Positions 19,970 to 29,875 of a stretch of DNA of 55,003 nt are shown here, in pieces. A program made the position numbers and the translations under genes. Source of the DNA: a virus (lineage: Duplodnaviria > Heunggongvirae > Uroviricota > Caudoviricetes); IMG/VR virus record IMGVR_UViG_2740892523_000006; one strand, written 5' to 3'. Within the stretch, counting starts at the first letter, position 1, and each line of letters begins with the position of its first letter. Under the pieces are notes generated by a model. That model ran no database searches. It had not been told where the DNA came from and saw only the letters and a list, made by a program, of their open reading frames with translations.

Positions 19970-20358
19970 GCACGGGCCTGTTCCGCTTTGTTACCGGTCT
20001 TTTTCCGGGGAGCATCCTGTCCGGCTTCGGCTTCGGCTTCGGCTTCGGCTTCGGCTTCGGCTTCGGCTTCGGCTTCGGCTAAATCTGTACCGGCCACTGC
20101 ATGAACCACACCCGCCACGCTCCCCGCATCATCAGCAGACGTCTGTAGTATTCGCACAGTGAGGCATGGCTCCTCCTCCAGTCGGGCAAGCTGCTCCGGG
20201 GTGACCTCAACCTGCTGACGTCCACGCGTGAACAGGAACCCCGCACGACGAAACGCCGAACGACTGCAACGCACTTCTGCCAGCACCGTGACAGAATTGT
20301 CACCACTGACCTGAAGACCTGAATCATCTGTTGCTGCCACAGTGTGATGTTCATTCAT
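19966..20358 (-). CDS. Hypothetical head protein carrying an (EA)10 repeat (Mu gp35 position)
   Basis: 130 aa; ...TDLAEAEAEAEAEAEAEAEAEAGQD encoded by a perfect hexanucleotide repeat. Confidence 0.5.
   Translation of the reverse strand: MNEHHTVAATDDSGLQVSGDNSVTVLAEVRCSRSAFRRAGFLFTRGRQQVEVTPEQLARLEEEPCLTVRILQTSADDAGSVAGVVHAVAGTDLAEAEAEAEAEAEAEAEAEAGQDAPRKKTGNKAEQARA
20023..20080. repeat. Perfect tandem hexanucleotide repeat (GGCTTC) x ~9.7
   Basis: ggcttc repeated from 20023 to 20080 without interruption. Confidence 0.95.
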
Positions 20359-20401
20359 ATTTGCCCTCCGCAGGGGCCGGGCCGTAAGCCCGGCTCACCG
20401 T

Positions 20402-21349
20402 TTACAGATAATCCGCGACAACCAGCTCCAGCTTGCCCTTCATCTCGTTAGAGACGGTTGCGTTTCCGTCTGCGAACAGTTCACGCTCCAGCAGCTGCAC
20501 CGCCTGTTTTTCCAGCGAGGTGGGGACAACAATATGGGTGGGTTTAATGCCGAGTTTGCGGCCACCGTCAGCGGTAAATTCGCGCATGGCTGACCAGCCG
20601 TGCCACAGTGCATCCAGCGTCAGCGGTGACTGCATCATGTAGGCCATCTGCCAGAAGCCGTAGCCCACATTGCGACGGGCGGATGCACCAAACACAAATT
20701 CGTTATCGGTGAATGCGCGACCTTCATCGACTTTGGTCTGGGCAACCAGTTCAGCCTTACGGCGATCCTGATAAATCAGCGGTTTTACCGCGCGGGAGCA
20801 GTCAAGCAGATACCAGGCCGGACCGCTGTAATCAGCCTGTGCGCCGACAGAGCCGGTTTTTGCCACAAACATATTGCTGACCATCTGCGCATCCCCGGAG
20901 CCATCCACTTTGGGGTAAACCGGATGTTCGGTATCAAAGAAGTTCTGACCGTCATAGCAGGCCGCACTGATCCCGTCACGCAGGGCAGCAAAGACCAGCT
21001 CATCCGGTTGTACCGCCGCAGCGCGCCCCATCTCCTGGAACAACGGGGAATAAATACCGAGGTTGTCGTCTTCGAAGTCATCGCGGCTAATGGCGACAGT
21101 GCCTTCAAAAGTTTTGTTCACGATGGCATAGCCATAGGCTTTCATCTTCTCGATGACGCGGGAGCCGATCCACTCACGGAACTGCGGGAACTGCCCCAGC
21201 CAGCCGTAGGTGTTGGATTTCGATGTGGAGGGCACGGTCATCGCAATTTTTTTATACTGCGACGGGGCCATGGACATCCCGGCCTGAAAATCAGAACGGT
21301 AGCCCGTCATCAGGGCGGTGATCATCGCCGGTGTAATCGGGGTAGGCAT
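20402..21349 (-). CDS. Major head subunit (Mu T-like)
   Basis: 315 aa downstream of protease/scaffold gene; synteny. Confidence 0.7.
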   Translation of the reverse strand: MPTPITPAMITALMTGYRSDFQAGMSMAPSQYKKIAMTVPSTSKSNTYGWLGQFPQFREWIGSRVIEKMKAYGYAIVNKTFEGTVAISRDDFEDDNLGIYSPLFQEMGRAAAVQPDELVFAALRDGISAACYDGQNFFDTEHPVYPKVDGSGDAQMVSNMFVAKTGSVGAQADYSGPAWYLLDCSRAVKPLIYQDRRKAELVAQTKVDEGRAFTDNEFVFGASARRNVGYGFWQMAYMMQSPLTLDALWHGWSAMREFTADGGRKLGIKPTHIVVPTSLEKQAVQLLERELFADGNATVSNEMKGKLELVVADYL

Positions 21350-22473
21350 TATTGCATTTCCTCTTTCATTTTCAGGAACTCGGCTTCGGTTTTACCCAGC
21401 AGTTTGGCGGCCGCGATATCTTCAGCCGACAGCGCAGCGGTGGCAGTCTTTTTATCCGGCACGGTCACGGTGTCGGTCTGAAGAGAGGTCAGGGCCGCAA
21501 CCGGCTGGCGGGCGTCAAGCTGTGCAGAAAGTGCCGCAACGCCAATCTGCCCGCCCAGTTGTTCCAGATAGCCGCGTTCGCTTTTGAAGATGCGCCCTTC
21601 GGATTCAGCCTTGTCCAGCACCTGCTCCAGCGTGGTGCTGCCGTGCTGCGCCGACAGCGCAACGTATTCGGTACGCAGGGCGTTATACGTTTCAACGGGC
21701 ACGTATTTCGTCAGATCAATAATGCCGCCAGCCGGTGTGCCTTTTGCGGTTTCCAGCTCTGCCGACAGACTGGCGACCTGTGTTTTCAGGTTGTCGTGTG
21801 CATCCGCACGGGTTTTGATCCCGGTGAGGGCAGACAGCGCCGCCGTGCCCAGCTCCGGCGTAAATTCGTCACCGTCAGCCACGGTCAGACCGAGCGCCGT
21901 CAGCAACTGGCGTAATTGCTCATTCATGGAGGTATCCTTTAAAGGAGGGTTTAAGGCGTTATAAAGGTCATCCGCCGACAGCGCGGCGACAGGATTCATG
22001 CCGGTCAGACCGGGGTCACCGGTAATAGCCAGCATCCGAAGTTCGACAGGTTCGCCGGTGTTCTCGTCATAGCCAATCACCGGTGAAAACCAGGGGAATT
22101 CGTTATTACGCAGATGTTCAAGGGCCGGAGGGTTCCACTTCGGGCGCACCTCGAAGCCACGCTCTTCACTGAAGCGAAAATTCTCCGGTGAGGCCATCAC
22201 AAAACCGGCAGCCGGTGCCTGATGCCCCTTAATCAGGGTCTGGTGGTTGTAGTCAATTTTCACCGGCTGATTGAGCGCCACAACCCGGGATACCATGCGC
22301 TCAACGGTCGCACGGTTAATCAGCCAGCCCTCGGCCGGTTTTTCCGGGCGACCGTCACGGGCCTTTACCCGACCGGCTGGCATGATCTGACACCAGTCAC
22401 CGTCCCCGTCTGCGGACAGGCTGATGGCATTCAGAATGGCATAAGCAAGTTTGGGCGTGTTTTTCGTCTTCAT
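21349..22473 (-). CDS. Head protease/scaffold protein (Mu I-like)
   Basis: 374 aa; N-terminal part then Ala-rich coiled-coil C-terminus typical of scaffolds; synteny. Confidence 0.65.
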   Translation of the reverse strand: MKTKNTPKLAYAILNAISLSADGDGDWCQIMPAGRVKARDGRPEKPAEGWLINRATVERMVSRVVALNQPVKIDYNHQTLIKGHQAPAAGFVMASPENFRFSEERGFEVRPKWNPPALEHLRNNEFPWFSPVIGYDENTGEPVELRMLAITGDPGLTGMNPVAALSADDLYNALNPPLKDTSMNEQLRQLLTALGLTVADGDEFTPELGTAALSALTGIKTRADAHDNLKTQVASLSAELETAKGTPAGGIIDLTKYVPVETYNALRTEYVALSAQHGSTTLEQVLDKAESEGRIFKSERGYLEQLGGQIGVAALSAQLDARQPVAALTSLQTDTVTVPDKKTATAALSAEDIAAAKLLGKTEAEFLKMKEEMQ

Positions 22474-22649
22474 TCCGGCAGCATAAGCCGGGAATTTTCA
22501 GGGCGGGTTTTGCGGGATTTCAGGAAGTGCTTCCAGGGGAAAAATACAAAGGCGCTTCACGCAGATTTTAAAGCCCGTTAAATACAGGTTAGAAAATCAC
22601 GACACGCGCCTGAAGGGGGTAAGGTAATGCATTTGCATACCTTAAACAA

Positions 22650-23123
22650 TTAAGGCGTTTCTGTGGCCTTTTTAAAGCGTTTTCTGATTTCGTCCATGAT
22701 CTCCTGCTCTGCCACCTGATCAAAGCCCATATACGGGCGTGCGCCAATGGCCGCCGGTCCCGGTGGCATACCAGGCAGGCCACCCCACTGATGAATGGCC
22801 GCATAAGGCTCATTTGATCCAATCAGCGCCCAGGTATCGCCATAATCCGTGGTCAGGCGTCGGGCCAGATCGCCGTTCAGCGTCAGGATTTTGCCGGGCA
22901 TGTATCCCTTACGGGTACGCCACTTGCGGTAAGGATCTGACCAGTCATGCCAGCGTTCGCCGTCCGGCTCTTTTTCCTGTTCAAACGCCATTTCTGACGA
23001 TGACAGAAGACTCGCCGCCACACTGCGGGCCAGGTCTTTCCCTCCACCCACAAACTGAAGCCGGGCAAAGACCCGCTGGAGACGCGTAACGTCAACAACG
23101 ACAGCGGCATCAATGGATGACAT
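22650..23123 (-). CDS. Virion morphogenesis protein (Mu G-like)
   Basis: 157 aa between F-like and I-like genes. Confidence 0.55.
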   Translation of the reverse strand: MSSIDAAVVVDVTRLQRVFARLQFVGGGKDLARSVAASLLSSSEMAFEQEKEPDGERWHDWSDPYRKWRTRKGYMPGKILTLNGDLARRLTTDYGDTWALIGSNEPYAAIHQWGGLPGMPPGPAAIGARPYMGFDQVAEQEIMDEIRKRFKKATETP

Positions 23124-23244
23124 ATTGCCTCCGCATAAAGGATGAATATAAAATAAACAGGCGGTCAGTGTACGCTTAACTGGTAAAGTCGGTGCCTGCC
23201 TCCGGGTGGATCATGTATGCGGGTTCAACCCCCGCCACTGACCG

Positions 23245-24576
23245 TTAATCAATATCTCCTTCCAGTACCTCAAGCATTCCACCCCGGATATCCGATTTCA
23301 GCTTATCCATATTGATAACCCGGTAAGCATTCACAATCACATCCAGTTTATCCGGCTGACGCTTCAGGCTGTACGGCGCATTAACGGCAATCTGCACACT
23401 GCTATCCTTACTTTCCACGATATACATCAGATTGTTGTGGCGTTTGTCCCACAGCACCGCTTTTGGCTTTGCCAGCATTGCCGGTAATCGACCGAAATCC
23501 TCCGGCGTCAGGGCGATACCGTCATTCTGATGTTTCATGCTGTCCGCATGGAGCACATTTTTACCGCTCATCGCCAGCAGGCGGGCCGGTGGCGTTCCCG
23601 TCCGGCTTTCCACCGCCTGCGCAATGCTTTCGGTCATAAAGCCCAGCGTGCGGATATCGTTACCGCCTCGCCGGGTTTTCATGATGTTTTTTGCCCAGAT
23701 GCGGAACGCCAGCTGCCGCTCCGGGCTGTTGTTCATCTCCTGCACTACCATTTCCCGCAGCGCCGGGCTTTTCACCTCGATCAGTTTACGGATCAACGCC
23801 TGGTCTGTGCCGAACGCCGCCGAGCCGGGGTTATATGACCAGCCCACATCCGGTGTCATGGTTCTGGTGCCATCTGAATATGTGGTCACCGGCATTTCTC
23901 TGACTTCTCCGGTCTGCTTATCCACGCCAGCCTCAACATTGCGGGTGGAGAGATGATCCTGACCGGATGAAACAGACAGCCCCATCGCATCCAGACGGGC
24001 CTGAGACAATGGCCGGACACGGCAGCGACAGTTCCAGCCATTGGGCGGGTAGTGTGTATTCCAGAACGGATCGTCATAGCGGAATACCAGCCCGTTAAGG
24101 GCGGAATGTGCCGGGCGGGTGCGGCTGTCCATCACCGCCACATACTGCCAGAACGGATGCGTGTCCGTGTTGTTCATCATCTGCGTGTAACGCCCGGCAT
24201 TGTAAGCCACACGGGTGTTCACGTTGTAAATCAGCGCCAGACGGCGGGGACTGCCCAGCTGCACTTCTTCCGCGTTACCGGCACTGTCCACCACAATCTG
24301 TTTTCCCCACCATCCCAGCTTTTGCAGGCGGGGTGTCAGCGTGCGAATAAATGCTTTCTGTGAAATCCCCTCATCAACAGCACGCTGCACTTCCGCCTGT
24401 AGTGTGGTCAGTACGTCCAGGCGTGCCACTTTTGCCGCCGTGAATGAACGGGCATGAACATCCGCGTCTGTTTCGAACCAGTTCCAGCTGATATGCGCCC
24501 CTTTGGCGCGGAAGTATGCCACCGCCTCTTTTGAGGCAAGTGTGGCGGCATAACCTAAATCAATCCCTTGTGCCAT
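23245..24576 (-). CDS. Minor head protein (Mu F/gp30-like)
   Basis: 443 aa directly after portal; synteny. Confidence 0.65.
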   Translation of the reverse strand: MAQGIDLGYAATLASKEAVAYFRAKGAHISWNWFETDADVHARSFTAAKVARLDVLTTLQAEVQRAVDEGISQKAFIRTLTPRLQKLGWWGKQIVVDSAGNAEEVQLGSPRRLALIYNVNTRVAYNAGRYTQMMNNTDTHPFWQYVAVMDSRTRPAHSALNGLVFRYDDPFWNTHYPPNGWNCRCRVRPLSQARLDAMGLSVSSGQDHLSTRNVEAGVDKQTGEVREMPVTTYSDGTRTMTPDVGWSYNPGSAAFGTDQALIRKLIEVKSPALREMVVQEMNNSPERQLAFRIWAKNIMKTRRGGNDIRTLGFMTESIAQAVESRTGTPPARLLAMSGKNVLHADSMKHQNDGIALTPEDFGRLPAMLAKPKAVLWDKRHNNLMYIVESKDSSVQIAVNAPYSLKRQPDKLDVIVNAYRVINMDKLKSDIRGGMLEVLEGDID

Positions 24577-26158
24577 CCAGCATCCCCTTCATTTCCGCAG
24601 CAAACATGGCATCACTGAGCAGCGTCATCAGGCGGGAATCATCCATTTCACGGTAAAGGGCAGGCAGGTCTGCCAGTGCCTCCGCCAGCCCCCGCGTTCT
24701 GATGGCATCAATGACCGGCTCCAGTACCGGGTCGATGGCCTCCTGTAACCGACGGGCAGGCACCGCATCCCCCATGTCGTCCAGTTCATCTCGGGGGCTG
24801 CTCTTCGCTTCCGGCAGTCTGGCAGCCAGCGCCGTCTGCTCTGTCTTCTCCTGTTTTTCCGGTGGCATCTCTTTGTCTGTCTGAGCAGGTTCATTGCCAC
24901 TCTGACGGACACGGAAGATGGCTTCGCCGGGCGTGGGCTGCGGAATACCCGTCTGCTCACGTATCCAGGGATCAGAAATATCCATCCCCGTACTGAGCTG
25001 CATCACCGCACTGGTGATTTTGGTGATATCCCCCGGCTCTTTTGTCTGGAAACAGATACGCGGCAGGCGACGGATATCTATGGCGTGGGCGGTGTTCAGG
25101 GCATACAGCGGATACACCAGATCGCGGTTCAGCGTGGCGGCCAGCTGACGTAAATCAGAATCCCTGATTTCCCGGCGCACCTCGTTATGCACTTCACCCA
25201 GCGAGCGCGCGCCCTTGTCTCCGGCTTCCGTGGTCAGCGTGCCGCCGAGGATAGCTTTGGAGATGGAACGCTCCCCCCACGAAATCATGGTTTCAAACGG
25301 ATCGGCCTGACCGTTCGCTGCCGCCTGAAACTCCAGCGACATCCCGGCCGGGATGATCCCGCCTGTACGTCGCCCGATATCCATCACCGCCCGCATCAGG
25401 GCGCTTTTCTGCTCCGGCGTTGCCCCGGACGGGTATTTACCGACCTTCATCGGCAGGCCGTACACCTCCAGAAATTCAGCCAGATCGCGCACGGAATAGT
25501 TTTTGAAAATGAACGGCCAGATAAGCGTCCTGACAAGCCCCGTTGCGCCGCCGTAACCGGTGCGTGAACGTGACTGATGCACTATCCAGCCAAAGGGCTG
25601 AAACGCCACCCCGGCATGGCTGCCGTCACGCAGCCGCAGTTCGCTCAAATCATCCGGGTTAAGGCAGAAATGCCCGCTGTCACGCCAGCGGATGGCGCGG
25701 ATGATGTGCATTTTACCGAGCATCCCGTGCTCAATCTCCATGCAGGAATAGCCTTTCAGGATGGCATCGGTGGCATCAAACAGCATGGCATCAAACCAGT
25801 CGGCGGAATGCAGATATTCGTCGAGCATTTCCGCGTCCTTTTTCTCATTCGCGCTGGCGTTCGGTGGCGGCTCAATACTCCAGGGCACCCCCTGAATGGC
25901 AAGGCGTCGCTTGCCCAGCTCAGCAAAAAGGTGGGTATCCTTTTCTTCAATGTCAGCGGCAAGATCGGACTGGGCAATCAGATCGCCACGTTCAGCCCCG
26001 CGAAGGCACTGTGCCGCCCGGTTCGGGGTGATACCCGAGGCCGGATGTTCAATATAACGGCTGGCAATCTGCGGAATATCCAGCGCGGCACTCTGCATCT
26101 CCGGGTCAAAGGAGAAAGGTTTTCCGTCAAGATCAATTATGCGTCCCACTACCAGCAC
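24560..26158 (-). CDS. Portal protein (Mu gp29-like)
   Basis: 532 aa after large terminase; synteny. Confidence 0.7.
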   Translation of the reverse strand: MLVVGRIIDLDGKPFSFDPEMQSAALDIPQIASRYIEHPASGITPNRAAQCLRGAERGDLIAQSDLAADIEEKDTHLFAELGKRRLAIQGVPWSIEPPPNASANEKKDAEMLDEYLHSADWFDAMLFDATDAILKGYSCMEIEHGMLGKMHIIRAIRWRDSGHFCLNPDDLSELRLRDGSHAGVAFQPFGWIVHQSRSRTGYGGATGLVRTLIWPFIFKNYSVRDLAEFLEVYGLPMKVGKYPSGATPEQKSALMRAVMDIGRRTGGIIPAGMSLEFQAAANGQADPFETMISWGERSISKAILGGTLTTEAGDKGARSLGEVHNEVRREIRDSDLRQLAATLNRDLVYPLYALNTAHAIDIRRLPRICFQTKEPGDITKITSAVMQLSTGMDISDPWIREQTGIPQPTPGEAIFRVRQSGNEPAQTDKEMPPEKQEKTEQTALAARLPEAKSSPRDELDDMGDAVPARRLQEAIDPVLEPVIDAIRTRGLAEALADLPALYREMDDSRLMTLLSDAMFAAEMKGMLDGTRD

Positions 26159-27813
26159 CCCCGATCAAATTCATGATATGCCTCATCGTCATCACGATAA
26201 CCGCCCTCTATTGCCCGCGACCGCTCCGGCAGCGCCTGACAGGCTGATTCATCCAGGATGAAGCCCTCCATGTATGACGCCCGGTTTGCCATACAGAGCG
26301 CCACGGCAAAATCACCATGGCGGCGGGCGTTCACAGCCGTTGCGTTCTGGTCCTTCGTACGCCCCTTGTCGATTTGCGGGATACCGTTAACCACCTTCAC
26401 ATGGCGCAAATCATCAAGCGTGGTCTGATGGCGGGCGACGAGGATATTCTGATCTTCAAACTCGGCCTTCAGTTTTGGCATCCACTCGCCGTACCACTTC
26501 GGCGATAACATCACGCTGTCGATGATGTCCGGGCCAAAGGCCAGCAGCGCGGCTTCGGCCAGATAGCCGCCGTTACCGGTGGCGTCGAACGCTGCACCAA
26601 CCAGGGCCGGAACGCGGGTCAGGATGTACATCATCACCTGCTCCTGCTGGGCATATGGCAGGTTACGCAGCTCCACGCGAAACACCTCGCGTTTTGCCAG
26701 GGATTCAGTGATTTCCAGCAGCACAAAGCAGGAGAGGTCACCGGTGCGGGCAAAGTCTTCCCCGAAGCTGAAGCGGGAACGGGGATTTAACGCCTCTAAA
26801 AGCGGTTTTAAATGTTCTTCAGACCAGGTTAAAACCTCCGATTCACGCAGCCATGCGGCACGGCTGATGAAGTCGTCCGGGGCTTCAAACGTCAGAATCG
26901 GGATGTCGCGGATCATCGCCATTTCAATAAGCGCGTGAGGAATATAGGCACCGCCGGATTTTTTCGGGATACAGCCGTATTCCTCGTCGGCATCCTCACG
27001 GGTCGGGGCGTTTTTGTAGAGATCATCACGCCACTTCTGCTCGCTTTCCGGCGACCATTCGCGGCCGGTGACATAACAGATACGACGGTACAGCCCGTCC
27101 GCAATGGCATCATCCAGGGTAATGCGGTGGACGCTGTAATCCTTGCGCCCCTCGCGGGCTTCCTGAATGTACTGATTAAACAGATTATCGACGCCGTTAT
27201 GCGTGGAGATAATACGCACGCGCGCGCCCCACATGGTGAGCGCCATTGCCGCCTTGAGAAGCTCATCCAGTGACTCGTGGAACGCGGCTTCATCAATCAC
27301 CACATCCCCCTGAAGGCCGCGCAGGTTTGACGGACGGGAAGACAGTGCCTGAATTTTGAATCCACTGTTCGGAAAGCGGATCATGTAGGTCAGAATTTCT
27401 TCTTTTTTATCCCGATCCCAGAAGGTCTGCTCATACACATCAGCATCTGCCAGCTGGTTAAAGGCACGGGAGAACAGTGCGCAGGCAGAAATATATTCCA
27501 GCGCCATCTCCTGCTTTGACCCCACATAAAACACATTGCGGCCACCGCGCCGCTTCGGTTTTGCAGCGGTAATGACGTTACGCCCGGCTTCCGCCCAGGT
27601 AAGCCCGGTACGGCGGGATTTTTCCGCGATGCAGACCTCGCTTTCATCCTCAAACCAGCGGGCCTGATAATCCAGAAACACCGGCATATCACCGGGCAAA
27701 TCAAGGCTGTCCGGCACATCCACGCCCAGCAGGGCTTTTTCACCGGCCAGATCAATTTTGCGGGTGGAGACGGTATTCGTCAGTAAGGGTGAGAGTTCTT
27801 CGGCGTTATTCAT
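26149..27813 (-). CDS. Terminase large subunit (Mu gp28-like)
   Basis: 554 aa; size and position. Confidence 0.75.
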   Translation of the reverse strand: MNNAEELSPLLTNTVSTRKIDLAGEKALLGVDVPDSLDLPGDMPVFLDYQARWFEDESEVCIAEKSRRTGLTWAEAGRNVITAAKPKRRGGRNVFYVGSKQEMALEYISACALFSRAFNQLADADVYEQTFWDRDKKEEILTYMIRFPNSGFKIQALSSRPSNLRGLQGDVVIDEAAFHESLDELLKAAMALTMWGARVRIISTHNGVDNLFNQYIQEAREGRKDYSVHRITLDDAIADGLYRRICYVTGREWSPESEQKWRDDLYKNAPTREDADEEYGCIPKKSGGAYIPHALIEMAMIRDIPILTFEAPDDFISRAAWLRESEVLTWSEEHLKPLLEALNPRSRFSFGEDFARTGDLSCFVLLEITESLAKREVFRVELRNLPYAQQEQVMMYILTRVPALVGAAFDATGNGGYLAEAALLAFGPDIIDSVMLSPKWYGEWMPKLKAEFEDQNILVARHQTTLDDLRHVKVVNGIPQIDKGRTKDQNATAVNARRHGDFAVALCMANRASYMEGFILDESACQALPERSRAIEGGYRDDDEAYHEFDRGCW

Positions 27814-28394
27814 CAGGCTTTACCCAACAGAATCCCCTTAATACGGGACTCAAGCTGTTCACTCATCCCGTCCACGCCGCGCAGCTCGTCGGTGACCGCG
27901 TTTGCCATCTCTTCAGCAAATGCGGCCCGGATTTCTTTTTCACGCTTAATGCTGCGCTCGGCGGCACTTTCCGCACGCTGTGCTGACAGGAGGATGTCTT
28001 TGATGAGGCGCATATCCACGTCGCTGTCGCTGTTCAGAGATTCGGTCGCGGCACGCAGGCGGCGGTACATCAGGGCGCGGGACATTTCCAGAATCAGCGC
28101 TGTGGTTTCACCGGTTGGCTTGTCCCCCAGTTCGGCCATCATGGCTTTTGTCTGCTCGCGTAAATCACGCAGGTTACGGGCAATCAGCTCATTACGGGAG
28201 GCTTCCCGGCTGATGGCCGCCGGTGAAAGCTGCTGCTCTTCCGGCAGGCCCGCCTCACGGATCAGACGGTTGATTTCCTCGCGGATCTGGACCTGCGTCA
28301 GACGTTTTTCACGCAGCATTTCCAGCAGCGGCTTACGGATGCTGTCGGGGAGCAAATCCACCTTGCGTACACGACCACGCGTCGGCTTGTCCAT
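27813..28394 (-). CDS. Terminase small subunit-like protein (Mu gp27 position)
   Basis: 193 aa coiled-coil-rich protein immediately upstream of large terminase. Confidence 0.55.
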   Translation of the reverse strand: MDKPTRGRVRKVDLLPDSIRKPLLEMLREKRLTQVQIREEINRLIREAGLPEEQQLSPAAISREASRNELIARNLRDLREQTKAMMAELGDKPTGETTALILEMSRALMYRRLRAATESLNSDSDVDMRLIKDILLSAQRAESAAERSIKREKEIRAAFAEEMANAVTDELRGVDGMSEQLESRIKGILLGKA

Positions 28395-28396
28395 CG

Positions 28397-28687
28397 TTAC
28401 CCCCTTGCGCGTGGTTTCTTCACACCCGGAACGCAGGCCCGGCCTTCCGCCACATCCTGCCCCCGGCCGGTCAGCTCTGCGATGAAATAACCGTTAATCA
28501 GAACGCGTTTGCGCACCAGTCCCTGCTCGGCAAGCCAGGCAATGTGGGTGTGAACGGTGTCGCGGGACACGCGGTGGCCGTAATCATCCAGACAGTCCTG
28601 GAGCACGGATTCACCCAGTTCACCGTTGTAATCTGCCAGCGACCGCAGAATGACCAGACGCTGATCTTCAGTAATGAAATCACTCAT
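28397..28687 (-). CDS. Hypothetical winged-helix protein
   Basis: 96 aa; synteny only. Confidence 0.4.
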   Translation of the reverse strand: MSDFITEDQRLVILRSLADYNGELGESVLQDCLDDYGHRVSRDTVHTHIAWLAEQGLVRKRVLINGYFIAELTGRGQDVAEGRACVPGVKKPRARG

Positions 28688-28992
28688 TGCGTTTTTTTCC
28701 TTACAGCCTGCTCCAGCAGCAGTTCGTTCTGATAGGAGACAGAGCGGAGCGTGGCGTTCGTGGTTTTCAGTTCACCCCGCAGGGTCACGATTTCCACATT
28801 CAGACGGTTGACCTCGGCTTCTGTCGGCAGTGACGACAGGCGGGTTTCCACCTTCTCAACGCGGTCGGAGAGTTTTTCAAAGGCCTCGCGGGGGACAAAC
28901 GTTTTGCGCATCAGCGCCATGAATATCCCGCCAGCGGTTGCCGTCGCCGAAAGGATCGGCACAACATAATCTTTAACGATGCTGACCCACAT
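28684..28992 (-). CDS. Hypothetical membrane-anchored coiled-coil protein (lysis-region, releasin/holin-like candidate)
   Basis: 102 aa; N-terminal TM VVPILSATATAGGIFMAL then coiled coil. Confidence 0.4.
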   Translation of the reverse strand: MWVSIVKDYVVPILSATATAGGIFMALMRKTFVPREAFEKLSDRVEKVETRLSSLPTEAEVNRLNVEIVTLRGELKTTNATLRSVSYQNELLLEQAVRKKTQ

Positions 28993-29200
28993 GACGGGCC
29001 TCCATGATGTTCTGGCAGTTCACACAACGGATGGCATCCGGCACAGCAACAAGACGTGCGGCGGGGATCTCTCCGCCACAGTCCGCGCAGACACGTCTGC
29101 CCGGAGCATCCATTGCCCGGCGCTTACGTGTCAGCCGGTTACAAAGGGCGCGTTCTGATCCCCGCTCCATCACAGCCTGAGCACGATCTGAATCATCCAT
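28973..29200 (-). CDS. TraR/DksA-family C4 zinc-finger protein
   Basis: CADCGGEIPAARL...AIRCVNCQ four-Cys motif; start likely MDDSDRAQ at 29200. Confidence 0.55.
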   Translation of the reverse strand: MDDSDRAQAVMERGSERALCNRLTRKRRAMDAPGRRVCADCGGEIPAARLVAVPDAIRCVNCQNIMEARHVGQHR

Positions 29201-29210
29201 ACCTTTTTCC

Positions 29211-29582
29211 TTACTTCGTCTTTCCTGCCGGAACAGCAGGCGTTCCGGCCATATCAGTAAATTCATGTTGTCGCCGCGCCTCCAGACGACGAATACTGGC
29301 CTTGTCCACGTTGCAGTTCTTGATCACCGCCAGCAGTTGCAGGTTGTAAGTGACCGATGCCCCAAACGTGAACGGCTCCGGCGCAGGAGGGACCAGGCAG
29401 TCAGCCAGCCATTCAGCGGGGATCGGCACCGGCTTCACAGGCACGTATTTCACAGACGGCCCGGCGCACCCGATCAGCCACATCATCAGGAACAGGGGCA
29501 GAGGCCGCAGGCACTGCCGCCAGCGACCGGCGGACAACGCTCTGCTGCCCCTCGCTGTGCTGAATGTTCTGTTGTTTTTCAT
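29211..29582 (-). CDS. Outer-membrane spanin lipoprotein (Rz1-like), overlapping i-spanin
   Basis: MKNNRTF...LPLFLMMWLIGCAGP signal peptide with lipobox; Pro-rich mature part; overlaps 29413-29763 in another frame. Confidence 0.5.
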   Translation of the reverse strand: MKNNRTFSTARGSRALSAGRWRQCLRPLPLFLMMWLIGCAGPSVKYVPVKPVPIPAEWLADCLVPPAPEPFTFGASVTYNLQLLAVIKNCNVDKASIRRLEARRQHEFTDMAGTPAVPAGKTK

Positions 29583-29763
29583 TCGTGGCCGCCTCACTGA
29601 TTTGTGAAATGAGTTGCAGGGTGTGCTGCTGATTTGCCAGCACCTGACGCGCCTCATCCCGCTCACGCACAAGCACCTGATTATTGTCTTCAAGGCGCTG
29701 CGTCTTCTGGTGCATTCCCCATATAGCGGCAACCAGTACAGCGATAATCCCCAGCGCCGCCAT
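29413..29763 (-). CDS. Inner-membrane spanin (Rz-like); start uncertain
   Basis: N-terminal TM MAALGIIAVLVAAIWG then coiled coil; ORF track start at 29934 would overlap endolysin. Confidence 0.45.
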   Translation of the reverse strand: MAALGIIAVLVAAIWGMHQKTQRLEDNNQVLVRERDEARQVLANQQHTLQLISQISEAATNEKQQNIQHSEGQQSVVRRSLAAVPAASAPVPDDVADRVRRAVCEIRACEAGADPR

Positions 29764-29875
29764 GCACGCCCCGGCAATCAGGGCCGGTAAGGCATTATTC
29801 ACCGCAGCCACAGGACACCCCGTAACAGCAGTACCGCACACAGCAGCGCTATCATGAGCGGTCGCCAGAAGCGGT

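Noticed and set aside
20023-20080. Possible CRISPR array
   Set aside because: Repeat unit is 6 bp with no spacers and lies inside a coding sequence; it is a simple tandem repeat, not a CRISPR.
19968-20162. Plus-strand ORF encoding an RLRL... repeat protein
   Set aside because: It is the antisense reading of the GGCTTC tandem repeat inside a minus-strand structural gene; no independent support.
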